A stretch of 63,241 nucleotides of DNA, the filler included, from Chiloscyllium plagiosum (lineage: Eukaryota), in assembly GCF_004010195.1 (NCBI RefSeq). It is 5 parts of one record of this genome, joined end to end, with 100 filler letters (N's around TTAATTAATTAA, not from the genome) between each part and the next. Parts side by side here need not be neighbours in the genome. Positions count along the whole stretch, not along the records: positions 42,401 to 53,388 come from NC_057710.1; positions 53,489 to 57,308 come from NC_057710.1; positions 57,409 to 63,241 come from NC_057710.1; 2 more parts are not named here. One strand, 5' to 3'. Positions 49,925 through 60,659 of the stretch are shown here, piece after piece. The notes below the pieces were generated by a model. It was given only the letters and a program-made list of their open reading frames with translations, had not been told where the DNA came from and made no database searches. The position numbers and the translations under genes were made by a program. How positions within the stretch are numbered: position 1 is the stretch's first letter; each line of letters starts with the position of its first letter.

Positions 49925-52229
49925 TTACAGGGAGGACAAGGGAGGGGCACAGAAGTCCCACACCCTCACCAGGAATGCCCCCAGGAAGTTCCTGACTTGC
50001 TTTCGCTCATTGACATCGAGCCCAGGCGCCTGGCGAGCAGCGAGGGCCGACCAGTAAAGTCTTTCAAAGGAGCTCCAGCGGCCGAGCGCCAGTTGGGCTC
50101 TATCCCAGCGACTCAGAGTTTCCTCGACAAATTCCCGGAGTTCCTCGAGGGGGATGAAGGGGAGATCGGTGGGGGGCACTTGGAATTCGAAAATGTCACT
50201 GCAGACAGAGTCCGCGTCGTCCCCGGTGTCCGCCACCGATCCCGAACCCTCCTCCGGGAGCTCACCCTCGGTCACCGACTCCTCCCCCACCGAGAAGATG
50301 GGGGCTGGTCCGGCACTGCCAACTCACCTCAAACCCCCGGCGACCCCACCCCCAGGGTCACCGGCGGTACCTTCCTCAGCGCACCCCGAGTTTGGGTCGT
50401 CGGGCGGCAAAGGCCTGGGGCCCCGCTCCTCTCCTGACACCGGGATGCCCACCTCCTCAGGGAAAAGGTCCTCCCCCAGGGCCAAGGCCCCCAGAAAAAC
50501 AGTCTGGGAGGGAGGAGCGAGGATAACACCTTCCTCCTCTCCACCGCTCAACAACCCAGCAGAGGGTCCTCCGTTGTCACCCGCACCATGGCCCTCATGG
50601 TTGTTAAAGTCCTCCCCAGGGGCTGGAGGAGTTGAGGCAACAGGAGGCCCTGCTGTAGCCCTGGAGGTTTGGGTAGGTCGGGCCACAGTGCGGGACAGTC
50701 AAGAGGCACCGTTGGCTCTTCGCCTAGAGAGGATATGCAGCACTGCCGGCACACTACTGGAGTGTCTCTCCCCTCCAAGGGCTGGTGCCTCTTCCCCAGA
50801 GAGACAAGGGGGAATTTATGGGCCTTCCCCTCCCCACTCGCCTTGGTGGTTATGGGGCCTGAGGACTCTCCCCCCAGCCTTTACCAGAATACGATTGGCT
50901 GGGGTAATACAGGGGGCGAGGCCAGGTCAGCCGTGTCACTTCCTGCCCCACCCCTGGTTTATCAGGTGAGTGAGGGGCACGGGCCTAATTCCCTCTCCGG
51001 GGCCCAGAGACATGGTCGCTGCAGGAGGTGGGGCAGCGGTGGTTCCCCCCAGGTTAGTGCCAGGGTGTGGCGGGGCTCAGGCTCAGGGCCCCCTCGGTCC
51101 GGGTGTTGCAGCGCCAGGGGTTTCTCTAACGGGGTGGGGGTGGATGCGGGGTCAGTGGGGCCAGGGTCAGGTACGGGTTTGGGGGTCAGGGTTCCCACGC
51201 CGGGGCGATGCTGGCACGGCCGCAGGGGGATTGTCGTGCTGGGGCAGGCCAGGTCGTGAGGGTGGTGTCGGGGAAGGGGATAGGGTGGTGTCGGGGAAGG
51301 GGATAGGGTGGTGTCGGGGAAGGGGATAGGGTGGTGTCGGGGAAGGGGATAGGGTGGTGTCGGGGAAGGGGATAGGGTGGTGGCCCCGTGGGTGGGCCTG
51401 ACATGTCACGTCTTCAGCACCTTCTGGCCAGCCGGACGCTCACCCCCCTCCCTGCCAGAGGCTGGAGTGTTGGAAGCCTCTGGCTTAGCCTCCGGTGCCG
51501 GGGTTTGTGGTGTTGACTTCAAGGGGGAATGGGTGCGGTGGCACCACCATCAGCTGTTGGCACAGGCTGGGCAGCCTTCTGGGTGGGGCAGTTTTTTTCT
51601 AATGTGCCTCACCTTGCGGCACAGGTGGCACCGCACGCTGTCCGCCGTCCAGAAGATGCGGTAGGCCGCGCCCTCATGGAGGAGGGTGAATGAGTCCTCG
51701 GTGACCTCCTCCCGGGCCAGGCAAATGAACACCTGGCGTCGGAAGGAGTAGATGTGTCGGAGGGCGGGGGTCATTAAGACCGAGCAGGAGCGGTTGGACA
51801 CCTGACCGGATCTTCCCCCAGGGTGGTGAGGTGGGGGAGAAGGAGCTCACTGGGAATGAAGGGCGGGATGTTGGAGATCACGACCCTCTGGGCCGTAACC
51901 TTCAGAGGGTCGACAGGCAAATGTGTCCCGCCCACAGTGAGCCCCCTCTCCACGGCCAGGTGGACCGCCTGCTCGGTCTTAAGGAAAAAGACGGCCTTCC
52001 CGTACATCCGGGCCGCAGCGACGATGGCCAGTGGGCCGACCACACTAGCCATGGCCTTACTGCAGGCCTTGATGGACATGTTGGGGTGGGGATAGGCCTT
52101 TACCCCCAGGCATTTAGTCAGGTGCCTGAAGGGGGTCGTGGTTGCGGCTGGGGTTGGGACAGCCAAGTCTAAGTCAGCGGCTACCCCGGCGTAGGTGCGG
52201 CTGGGCCCCGCGACCTTCGGGCTCGCCAT
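49925..52229 (-). pseudogene. Tx1 ORF1, frameshifted
   Basis: MASPKVAGPSRTYAGVAA...AARMYGKAVFFLK...RVVISNIPPFIP...LRHIYSFRRQVFI...CHLCRKVRH, then a long Pro-rich/acidic region ending with a stop at 49925. Confidence 0.8.
51259..51382 (+). repeat. Perfect 23-bp minisatellite, about 5.4 copies, G-quadruplex-prone
   Basis: (AGGGTGGTGTCGGGGAAGGGGAT)x5 followed by AGGGTGGTG. Confidence 0.95.
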
Positions 52230-52249
52230 ATTCTGCTGCTGAATATTAG

Positions 52250-52830
52250 TAGGCCCCAGGCAGCAGCGGTGGAGGTGGGCCTCTAGCAGCAGCAGTGGTG
52301 GAGGTTGTGGGGAGGGGCCCAAGGCGAGTCCCAGGTAGTGACGGTGGAGACTGGCCTCAGGCAACAACAACGGTGGAGGCAGGCCTCTCGCGAGTCCCAG
52401 GTACGCCCTCTGTGGCAGCGGTGGGGGGGGCAGATCTGTTGGGGAGAGTCCCCTAGGCAAGTCCCTGGCAGCGGTGGTGGAAGTGGGCCTCTGGCAGCAG
52501 CAGCGGTGGAGGTTGTGGGGAAGGGCCCAAGGCGAGTCCCAGGCAGCGGTGGTGGAGGCAGGCCTCAGGCAACAGCAGCGGTGGAGGCAGGCCTCTGACA
52601 AGTCCCAGGCAGTTCCTTGGCCGCAGCAGTCAGGGGCAGACCTGTCGGGGACGGCCCCCAAGGCAAGTCCCAAAATTGAGTCCCAGGCAGCAGCAGTGGT
52701 GGAGGTCCTAGGAGGGGCCCCAAGGCGAGTCCCAGGCAGCAGCAATGAGGCAGGCCCCAAGCAGCAACAGCTGAGGCAGGTCCGGGCGGGGTCCCAGAGA
52801 CCAGCAGTGGGAGTGGGCCCCAGGTCAGCA
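52250..52830. repeat. Degenerate tandem monomers in the Tx1 5' UTR
   Basis: Recurrent GGCCCAAGGCGAGTCCCAGGCAGC and CAGCAGCGGTGGAGG units. Confidence 0.8.
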
Positions 52831-53042
52831 GCAACACTCCCTTGACCTGGGTGAGGGCCAGGCTGCAGCTCCAAAAGTAGGCCCCAGACTCAAAAGCTCT
52901 CACCTCCTTCTGCTTCTGCCTCCTCCTCTTCTTTCTTCCTTCCTTTCTCTCACTATGGGGCAGCTGATCCAGGGACAGTCCCCTTCAAGGAGGAGAGTCC
53001 TTGCACATGCGCACTCACACTCACACTGATCCAACTCTCAAT

Positions 53043-53388
53043 AGGGAAAAACACCTGAGTGGCCAGTGACAAGCAGTGCCCTTCACAAAGGGCAGTGCTG
53101 TGTGATCAAACAGTGAAGGGGAGGACAGGGACTAAATTAAAATAGAGTTGGAGGGAGAAATGATGCACTCCACTCCGTGGCGCCTACCTCTCCCTGAACA
53201 ACTCCAGGGTGTTGGTGGACACCGCGTGCTCCTTCTCCAAGGACACCCGGGCCCTAACGTAACCGCGAAAGATGGGCAGGCAGTCAGCCCTAACGACCCC
53301 CTCCACGGCCCGCTGCCTGGACCTGTTGATGGCCAGTTTGGCCAGGCCCAGGAGCAGACCCACGAGGAGGTCTTCAGACCTGCCCTCC
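53043..53388 (-). mobile_element. Further Tx1 3' end joined head-to-tail to the 5' end of the long element, runs into gap
   Basis: Close match to 45906-46245; lacks the terminal 3' UTR and poly-A. Confidence 0.88.
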
Positions 53389-53488
53389 NNNNNNNNNNNN
53401 NNNNNNNNNNNNNNNNNNNNNNNNNNNNNNNNTTAATTAATTAANNNNNNNNNNNNNNNNNNNNNNNNNNNNNNNNNNNNNNNNNNNN
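53389..53488. other. Assembly gap/linker
   Basis: 44 N + TTAATTAATTAA + 44 N. Confidence 0.95.
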
Positions 53489-53935
53489 CCTGGAATGGAG
53501 GGCTTATCTTATGAAGAGAGGTTGACTGAGCTCGGACTTTTTTCATTGGAAAAAATAAGGAAGAGAAGGGACCTAATTGAGGTGTACAAGATAATGAGAG
53601 GCATAGATAGAGTTGATAGCCAGAGACTTTTTCCCAGGGCAGAAATTGTTAACACGAGGGGTCATAGTTTTAAGCTGTTTGGCGGAAAGTATAGAGGGGA
53701 TGTCAGAGGCAGGTTCTTTATGCAGAGAGTTGTGAGAGCATGGAATGCGTTGCCAGCAGTAGTTGTGGAACCGAGGTCAGTGGGGACATTTAAGAGACTG
53801 CTGGACATGCATATGGTCACAGAAATGTGAGGGTTCGTACATTAGATTTACCTTACATGAGGATCAGTGGTCGGCACAACATCGTGGGCTGAAGGGCCTG
53901 TTCTGTGCTGTACTGTTCCATGTTCTATGTTCTAT
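53489..53935 (+). mobile_element. CR1 LINE 3' end
   Basis: GLSYEERLTELGLFSLEK...QRVVRAWNALP with an (ATGTTCT)n tail; same subfamily as 10710-11157. Confidence 0.9.
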
Positions 53936-56392
53936 CTGTTTGGCCAGAAGGTCTAGCAGTCCCAGCAGTGCTAGGGCTCAGCAGTGTCCATGTTCGGGAC
54001 TGCGGGAAATCGTATCAACCAAGAGAAAAGTCCATCATCCCTCCCTGCCCTCTCTCGTCGAGGCTATGAAACCTTCCAACCTATCTGCGCAGATCAGTGG
54101 TAATCTGGCATGAGCAGCATATCAGTCATGCCAATAAGTTTGCTCATGAGCAGAATTGATCTTTACTTATTTACATGTGGTGTGTTGTGAAGGTCAGTTC
54201 AGAGGTGGATGGGAATGTGGTAGCCTAACTGCCCCATTTATTTTATGAGCCTATACCCCACTGTAAGCGCACCCAGCAGGGGTATGAAAAATCCATTCCT
54301 GTTCTTCATCAGTGTACAAAGCACAGAAGTAAGTTATCCATAACACTCCTATATGCAAGCCATGTTCAGAACAGGAACAAATTTGCCATCAGTGAAGGCA
54401 ACAGTAACTTAGTATCCTGCTGGTTCCTGTCAAACTACCTGAGGTAACTCTTACCAAATTAGCCAGTCTGAAAACTGATTGCAGACATTATGACACCTAT
54501 GTCTTGTTTGCAAGGAATAATGCCTGCAGCCTTTTCCCAATAGAAAGCAGGAGACAAACCTGCATTTTGCATTTTGGTAATACTTAAAAGTGCTGATCTT
54601 CATTGATACAAGTGTCTTGTAACATGTTTAAAGCTCTTATGGTAAGAAATAGAATCCCATTTCATTAATGTACAGGTTATGTTTGACTATAAGCACTACA
54701 TGGTGTACTTACTCTGGAAGCTCATGGTGTACTTATTGCAGGATACCCTAAAGTAGTAACATGATTTCAGAGAATATCTAAGTTAGAAAAGTAGACCTTG
54801 AGGGGCCAGTATAATCCATGGAGCTGTGGATAATGGCATCAATCCAAAGCAGGCAACGCTCAGCTGAAATAAAATGTAATGAAGCACAAGCCTTTACATG
54901 GACATAAATAGAGCATATGCTAGACACTTTAAAGCAAAGATCCCAGTTTGTTTTGTAAAACCCTACAACAGTAGCAGACTGACAGTGGGCCGCTGTATAC
55001 AACACAGTTTAGTTTTGAGGAGAAGACAAGGGGGTCCTGAGGAAGCAAAATGTTGGTTATTTTACTGGAGTTGAAGCTAAGAAAACAAATTTGATAAAGT
55101 TTAATTAACAACAATTTTAATTACATTTTTAAGTTATCTCCATCCAAGAAGCAAAGAATGTATGTTTGCAATAAACAAGGCCGTCAACACAGTGCCCACT
55201 TTATCTTCTATTTGGTTTTATCTATCATCAGTATTACTTCAATTAAAAGTTATCATAATAAACACTAACATGTCATTCTAAGGCACATTTAATGTGTTTT
55301 AACTGTCATGTGAAGGCACTTAACAGGAAATGAATGAAATAAAATTTAACACCAAGCCAAACAGGAGATACCAGGGCAGATGAACAAAGGTTTGGTGAAA
55401 GAAATAGATCTTATTTAAGGAGAATGAATGAAGTAGAGACCTGATAAGGTTTAGGGAGGAAATTTTAAATATTAGGATCTTAAGTGGCAACTGAAAGCAT
55501 GGCAGCCAATTAAAATTGGAAACTGGAGAAGCCTTCTCCCTCTCAAGTACTGGAGACAAGATAATTCTCTCTGAATATGTGTTAGAGTTGCTGTGTTGTT
55601 TATTGAGGTTGATTTGAGGTTTGACCCTATACCAGAATGATTGCTCTCATGGTATTCATCAATAGGTTCATCCCACTGCAATAGTAATGGGCTATGCTTG
55701 GGCAGTGAAAAATCATTTCTACAATTTCTGTATACAGTTCTCTCTGATGTGCAGACAAGGTATAAATAATGCTGTTTGGTCAGTTGCTGTACCTCTGTAT
55801 CCTTGCTATTGAGATTGTTTATTCACACTTGTTGTCCTGAGTTCAAACTTCATAACTGTTTAGTGCAGTAAAATTTGTTATATTCAGAAATTCACTTGTG
55901 TTGATAACATTGCTCTTCACGTAAATATTTTATAAACTTTGAGAAGCATCTGCAGAGTCAAGTTTTTTGGAAGTATATTGAGCTGAATTTTCAGCCTTCT
56001 CCCCCATTAATTATTCTCATACCAGAAAGGCACATTGCATTGAAATGAACTGGTAGCTCATGTCCCAATGTCCTGTCTCAAGAGGGAGTTTGCAATTAGT
56101 ATCCTTTGTTTCACTTACTCTGAAGCGGTACCATTGGATGCAAAACATTATCTCTGTTTTCTCTCCACAGCTGTTTCCAGATCTCCTGAGATTCTCCAGC
56201 ATTTTCTGTTTTTATTTAAGATTTTTAACTTTCACAGTACTTTGCTTTTATGTGCCTGTCAGTTATAGGAGTATAGAGTCATCGAGATGTTCAGCATGCA
56301 AACAGACCCTTCAGTCCAACTCGTCCATACTAACCAGATATCCTAAATTAACCGTGTCCCATTTGTGAGCATTTGGCCCTTATCACTCTAAA

Positions 56393-56599
56393 TGTGTTGC
56401 TGGAAAGGCGCAGCAGGTCAGGCAGCATCCAGGGAACAGGAGAATCGACGTTTCGGGCATAAGCCCTTCTTCAGGAATCAGGAAGGGCTTATGCCCGAAA
56501 CGTCGATTCTCCTGTTCCCTGGATGCTGCCTGACCTGCTGCGCCTTTCCAGCAACACATTTCCAGCTCTGATCTCCAGCATCTGCAGACCTCACTTTCT
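56393..56599. mobile_element. Young fold-back Penelope pLTR insertion with perfect 80-bp inverted repeat
   Basis: Arms 56390-56469 and 56482-56561 are exact reverse complements with a 12-nt loop. TSD CCTTATCACTCTAAA at 56378-56392 and 56600-56614. Confidence 0.9.
56443..56478 (-). ncRNA. Minimal type I hammerhead ribozyme, intact core
   Basis: Minus strand ATTC-CTGAAGA-A-GGGC-TTAT-GCCC-GAAACGTC-GATT. Confidence 0.8.
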
Positions 56600-57153
56600 C
56601 CTTATCACTCTAAACCTTTCCTATTCATATACCCATCCAGCTGCCTTTTAAATGTTGTATTTGTACCAGCCTCCACTAACTCCACTGACAACTCATTACA
56701 TACACGCACCAGCCTCTATGTGAAAAAGTTGCCCCTTAGGTCCCTTTTAAATCCTTCTCCTCTCACCTTAAACCTATGCTCTCTAGTTTTGGACTCCCCC
56801 ACCCAGAGGAAAATACCTTGTCTATTTACCCCATCCATTCCCCTCATGATTTTGTAAACGGCTACAACGTCACCCCTTTGCCTCCGACACTCCAGGGAAA
56901 ATAGTCCCAGCCTATTCAGCTTCTCCCTATAGCTCATACCCTCCAATCTTGACAATATTCTTGTAAATCTTTTTTGAACTTTTTCAAGTTTCACAATATC
57001 CTTTCTATAGCAGGGACAGCAGAACTGCTCACAGTATTCCAAAAGTGGCCTAACCAATGTCGTATACAGCCGCAACATGACCTCCCAACTCCTATACTCA
57101 ATGCACCGACCATTAAATACCTTCTTCATTGTTATATATGCAAGACCTCGCAC

Positions 57154-57308
57154 TATATAAAAGATCTTAAAGTAAGGGAACCCTTAGGAAGTAGCGACCA
57201 TAATATGATAGAGTTCAGTCTGGAGTTTGAAAGGGAGAAGGCAAAATCGGATGTAATGGTGTTACAGTTGAATAAAGGTAATTATGAGAGCATGAGAGAG
57301 GAACTGAC
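57154..57308 (+). mobile_element. CR1 endonuclease-end fragment, runs into gap
   Basis: IKDLKVREPLGSSDHNMIEFSLEFEREKAKSD; near-identical to the reverse complement of about 9888-10040. Confidence 0.85.
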
Positions 57309-57408
57309 NNNNNNNNNNNNNNNNNNNNNNNNNNNNNNNNNNNNNNNNNNNNTTAATTAATTAANNNNNNNNNNNNNNNNNNNNNNNNNNNNNNNNNNNN
57401 NNNNNNNN
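57309..57408. other. Assembly gap/linker
   Basis: 44 N + TTAATTAATTAA + 44 N. Confidence 0.95.
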
Positions 57409-57461
57409 CACTATAAACTCCGGAGGAAACATCAAAGAAGCGCTTTGCAGGAGGCTCCCAA

Positions 57462-57501
57462 GCACTGATGATGTTGCCTAGCCAGGGGACGAAACGTTTG
57501 C
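57462..57501 (+). ncRNA. Minimal hammerhead ribozyme of a third pLTR-like family (element about 57409-57577)
   Basis: GCA-CTGATGA-T-GTTGCCT-AGCC-AGGGGAC-GAAACGTT-TGC. Stem I GCA/TGC, 7-bp stem II with one mismatch, AACGTT palindrome, GUU triplet. Confidence 0.7.
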
Positions 57502-58419
57502 AACAAAAACTTCCAGCTCGGCGAACAGAACCACAACAACGAGCACCCGAGCTACAAATCTTCGCACAAACTTTGAATTTCATTCCTTTTTTTTTGAAGG
57601 ATTCTCTGATCCTATGGGCTCATCTAAGACGTGAGGATGGTATGTGGAATCATGCTCATTTTCTGATTTATGTCTTTGCCTGACATGAGTGGTGTTGATT
57701 CATTAAATGTATGGAACTACTACAAAGTTTGGAGAACATTTTCCGGTTCTTGTTTTGAATGCAACCCAGAATGAGTCATGGGGTGAATCATAACAATTAT
57801 TCATGGAATGCCTGATAGACAGTTTAGCTTTTAATCCATTCAAAGCATATGGCATAAATCAAGATAGAGTATTATGGATGAATGAATCAACTTTAGTGTA
57901 GTTTGAGCAAGTACATTTCAACACTTACGTCAATTCCAGATTAAAACAATGACATCCAAATGAAGTAAAGTGGAGTTGCAAAAATTGGTGTTCATAAGCA
58001 TGTATCTACAATTTCTTGAATATATAACTCTGATAACTAATTTGCTCTTTTTTGAGTAATGAGTACTATAGTGTCCACCAAATCTGAGGTAATCCCTTTT
58101 GCAACTAACTTAATATCTTTATTGTTTATTTATAAATTGATTTCATGAATTAAAACCATTACCCAAATATTACATTCAAAATTGAAAAGCCATTCTTTTA
58201 CTGTCGCTGGGTCAAAAACTTAGAACTCCCGCTCTCACAGCATTTTTGATGCGCCTAAACCCCAAGGACTACAATAGTTCAATAAGGTGGCTCACCACCG
58301 CTACCTGCTTCATGGGCTATTAGGACTGGTCAACAAACAGGCCAGCAATACTCACATGTGGTGAAATCATTTTAAAAAATCAAATTGAAAACTTTCCCAA
58401 GTTTTGTAAGAGCTTGGCA

Positions 58420-59220
58420 CAATAAATGCGAGATGCTGCATATTGAGAAAGCAAATCTTAGCAGGACTTACACACTTAATGGTAAAGTCCTGGAGAGTGT
58501 TGCTGAACAAAGAGACCTTGGAGTGCAGGTTCATAGCTCCTTGAAAGTGGAGTCGCAGGTAGATAGGATAGTGAAGAAGGCATTTGGTATGCTTTCTTTT
58601 ATTGGTCAGCGTATTGAGTACAGGGGTTGGGAGGTCATGTTTCGGCGGTACAGGACATTGGTTAGGCCACTGCTGGAATATTGCATGCAATTCTGGTCTC
58701 CTTCCTATCGGAAAGATGTTGTGAAACTTGAAAGGGTTCAGAAAAGATTTACAAGGACGTTGCCAAGGTTGGAGGATTTGAGCTATAGGGAGAGGCTGAA
58801 CAGGCTGGGGCTGTTTTCTCTGGAGCGTCGAAGGCTGAGGGGTGACCTTATAGACGTTTTCAAAATTATGAGGGGCATGGATAGGATAAACAACAAAGTC
58901 TTTTCCCTGGGGTCGGGGAGTCCAGAACTAGACGACATAGGTTTAGGGTGAGAGGGGAAAGATATAAAAGGGATGTAAGAGGCAACTTTTTCACGCAGAG
59001 GGTGGTGCGTGTATGGAATGATCTGCCAGAGGATGTGGTGGAGGCTGGTACAATTGCAACATTTAAAAGGCATTTGTATGGGTAAATGAATAGGAAGGGT
59101 TTGGAGGGATATGGGCCGGGTCCTGGCAGGTGGGACTAGATTGGGTTGGGATATCTGGTCGGCATGGACGGGTTGGACTGAAGGGTCTGTTTCCATGACT
59201 ATACATATCTATGACTCTAT
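58420..59220 (+). mobile_element. 5'-truncated CR1 LINE
   Basis: ORF 58385-58951 KCEMLH..QRDLGV..LVRPLLEYCMQFWSP..LERVQKRFTR; (CTATGACT)-type tail. Confidence 0.92.
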
Positions 59221-59571
59221 CTCATGAATTAACAACACTTGTGTTAAGATAAATGCTATCACAAATTTGTTTTGGACCTGTGGGTTATCCCAACATCTTA
59301 GTAAAGCCTGTGGAGTCAGAGCAGCTCACACCAAACTAACCTGCAGGAAACCTTCAGGATCACCTTCTTCAACCACAGTAGTCCTTGGGATTTACATACA
59401 CCATAAATACGGTGAGGGAGGGACTTCCAAGTTATTAACCCAATAACAGTAAAGAAATGGTTTATCAATTTTGAATATAGCATTTGGATAATGGTTTTAA
59501 TTTTCACTTTCTCATTTTTACTAACTCCAGTGACATGCTTTCAGGGATTTTGTCAACACTGAAGTCCCCAG

Positions 59572-59667
59572 GTGTGTGTGTGTATGCGCGCGTACATGCA
59601 TGTGTGTGCATGCATGCTTGCATGTTTGTGTGTGTGTGCGTGCACGAGTACGTGTGTGTGTGTGTGT
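59572..59667. repeat. Compound (GT/GC/AT) alternating purine-pyrimidine microsatellite
   Basis: About 96 bp of GTGTGT..GCGCGC..GCATGCATGC..GTGTGT with few interruptions. Confidence 0.9.
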
Positions 59668-60416
59668 AACAGGGAATTTGGGTAACGTTTGGTACTCTGA
59701 TGCCCAGGTAATCTATGAAATACCCTGTTCTCTGTGCTCTGAGCATCTATCACAAGGTGCACTAGGAGAATACCAGCTGAAGTTATAGGTCAGTGGGAAG
59801 CATCAGGTGGTTGCACTCTATGCGTCAGGAATGTGCAAAGTGGCAGTGATTAATTTTACGCCTTCATCATTTGGATGATAAAATAGTGGAATGGATAATT
59901 TAGTCATTACGAATTCATAGGAAAGTGAGTGGTGATGAGAACTTAAGAAATCTACAGAGTGATAGAGGTTGGTTAAGGTAGGTTATACCATTTATACATA
60001 TATCTCAAATGATTAGATTTGGGGTATTCAGTATTAAGCTTAAGCACCTCTGCCCACGTCCCCAAACCATGAGACTATGACTGCTAAAGTTGGGTAGCAC
60101 ATGACCGGAAAAATATAGGAGGACTAAATACATCAATTCCACAGACAGGGTCCAGCCAGTGCTTTGGGAAAAGGTTGAATCAGAGAAGACATTTGAGGAA
60201 GTTAAAAAAATTCATTCAGACTAGAGACCCACCCAGAATATTGAAAGAAAAACATGAGGTGATTGATTTGTGGGCACAACTATGGGAACTGGGTGTTTGG
60301 CACCAGTTGAAAGACCACAGCAATCTTTCTCCATTAATAAAAAAAAGATGTTTCTGAAATTCCTTTCAAGTCATTGCTTGGATTTTTTGGAAAAAGGGGA
60401 ATTTCTGTTTTTGTTT

Positions 60417-60450
60417 TCTGCTAAGGCAACAGGTAAATTACCATAGCAAC
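60417..60450. promoter_or_regulatory. Pair of RFX X-box-like motifs
   Basis: TCTGCTAAGGCAAC (60417-60430) and ATTACCATAGCAAC (60437-60450), each with a perfect RGCAAC half-site, 20 bp apart. Confidence 0.3.
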
Positions 60451-60659
60451 CAACCCACATACTTTCGACATTACTGGAGTAAGTAAGTTGTTGGATAGGT
60501 GAAGTTCAACTTATTAAAGACAATTTTCAGTAATGTTAAAATTTACAATGTGTAAAACTTAATCCCAAGGCAATCTGATTAGTGAGGACTTTGCCCCATC
60601 CTTTAGTTAACAACAAATAAAAAAGAAAGAATGAAAGAAATAAAAGAATTAAAGGAAGA

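Larger units (their letters stand above)
45757..53040 (-). mobile_element. Near full-length Tx1-clade non-LTR retrotransposon (about 7.3 kb, GC- and CpG-rich, frameshifted)
   Basis: Poly-A tail (T run 45757-45767), 3' UTR, ORF2 with APE, RT and zinc finger, ORF1 with a CCHC-type knuckle, repeat-rich 5' UTR. Confidence 0.92.
56265..57125 (-). mobile_element. CR1 LINE 3' part with nested fold-back Penelope insertion
   Basis: ORF 56716-57153 LVRPLLEYC..LEKVQKRFTR..LGLFSLE..RGNFFT; 3' UTR split at 56393-56599. Confidence 0.88.

Noticed and set aside
46290..52845. Many long plus-strand and alternative-frame ORFs (for example 46290-47069 and 50154-50969)
   Set aside because: Shadows of the GC-rich Tx1 ORFs and repeats, with no independent domain signal.
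54700..54740. Direct repeat CATGGTGTACTTA twice
   Set aside because: A short local duplication with nothing recognisable between the copies.
22532..57408. Four identical N44-TTAATTAATTAA-N44 blocks that look like a regularly recurring element
   Set aside because: Artificial gap linker; not biological. Adjacency across these gaps is unproven.
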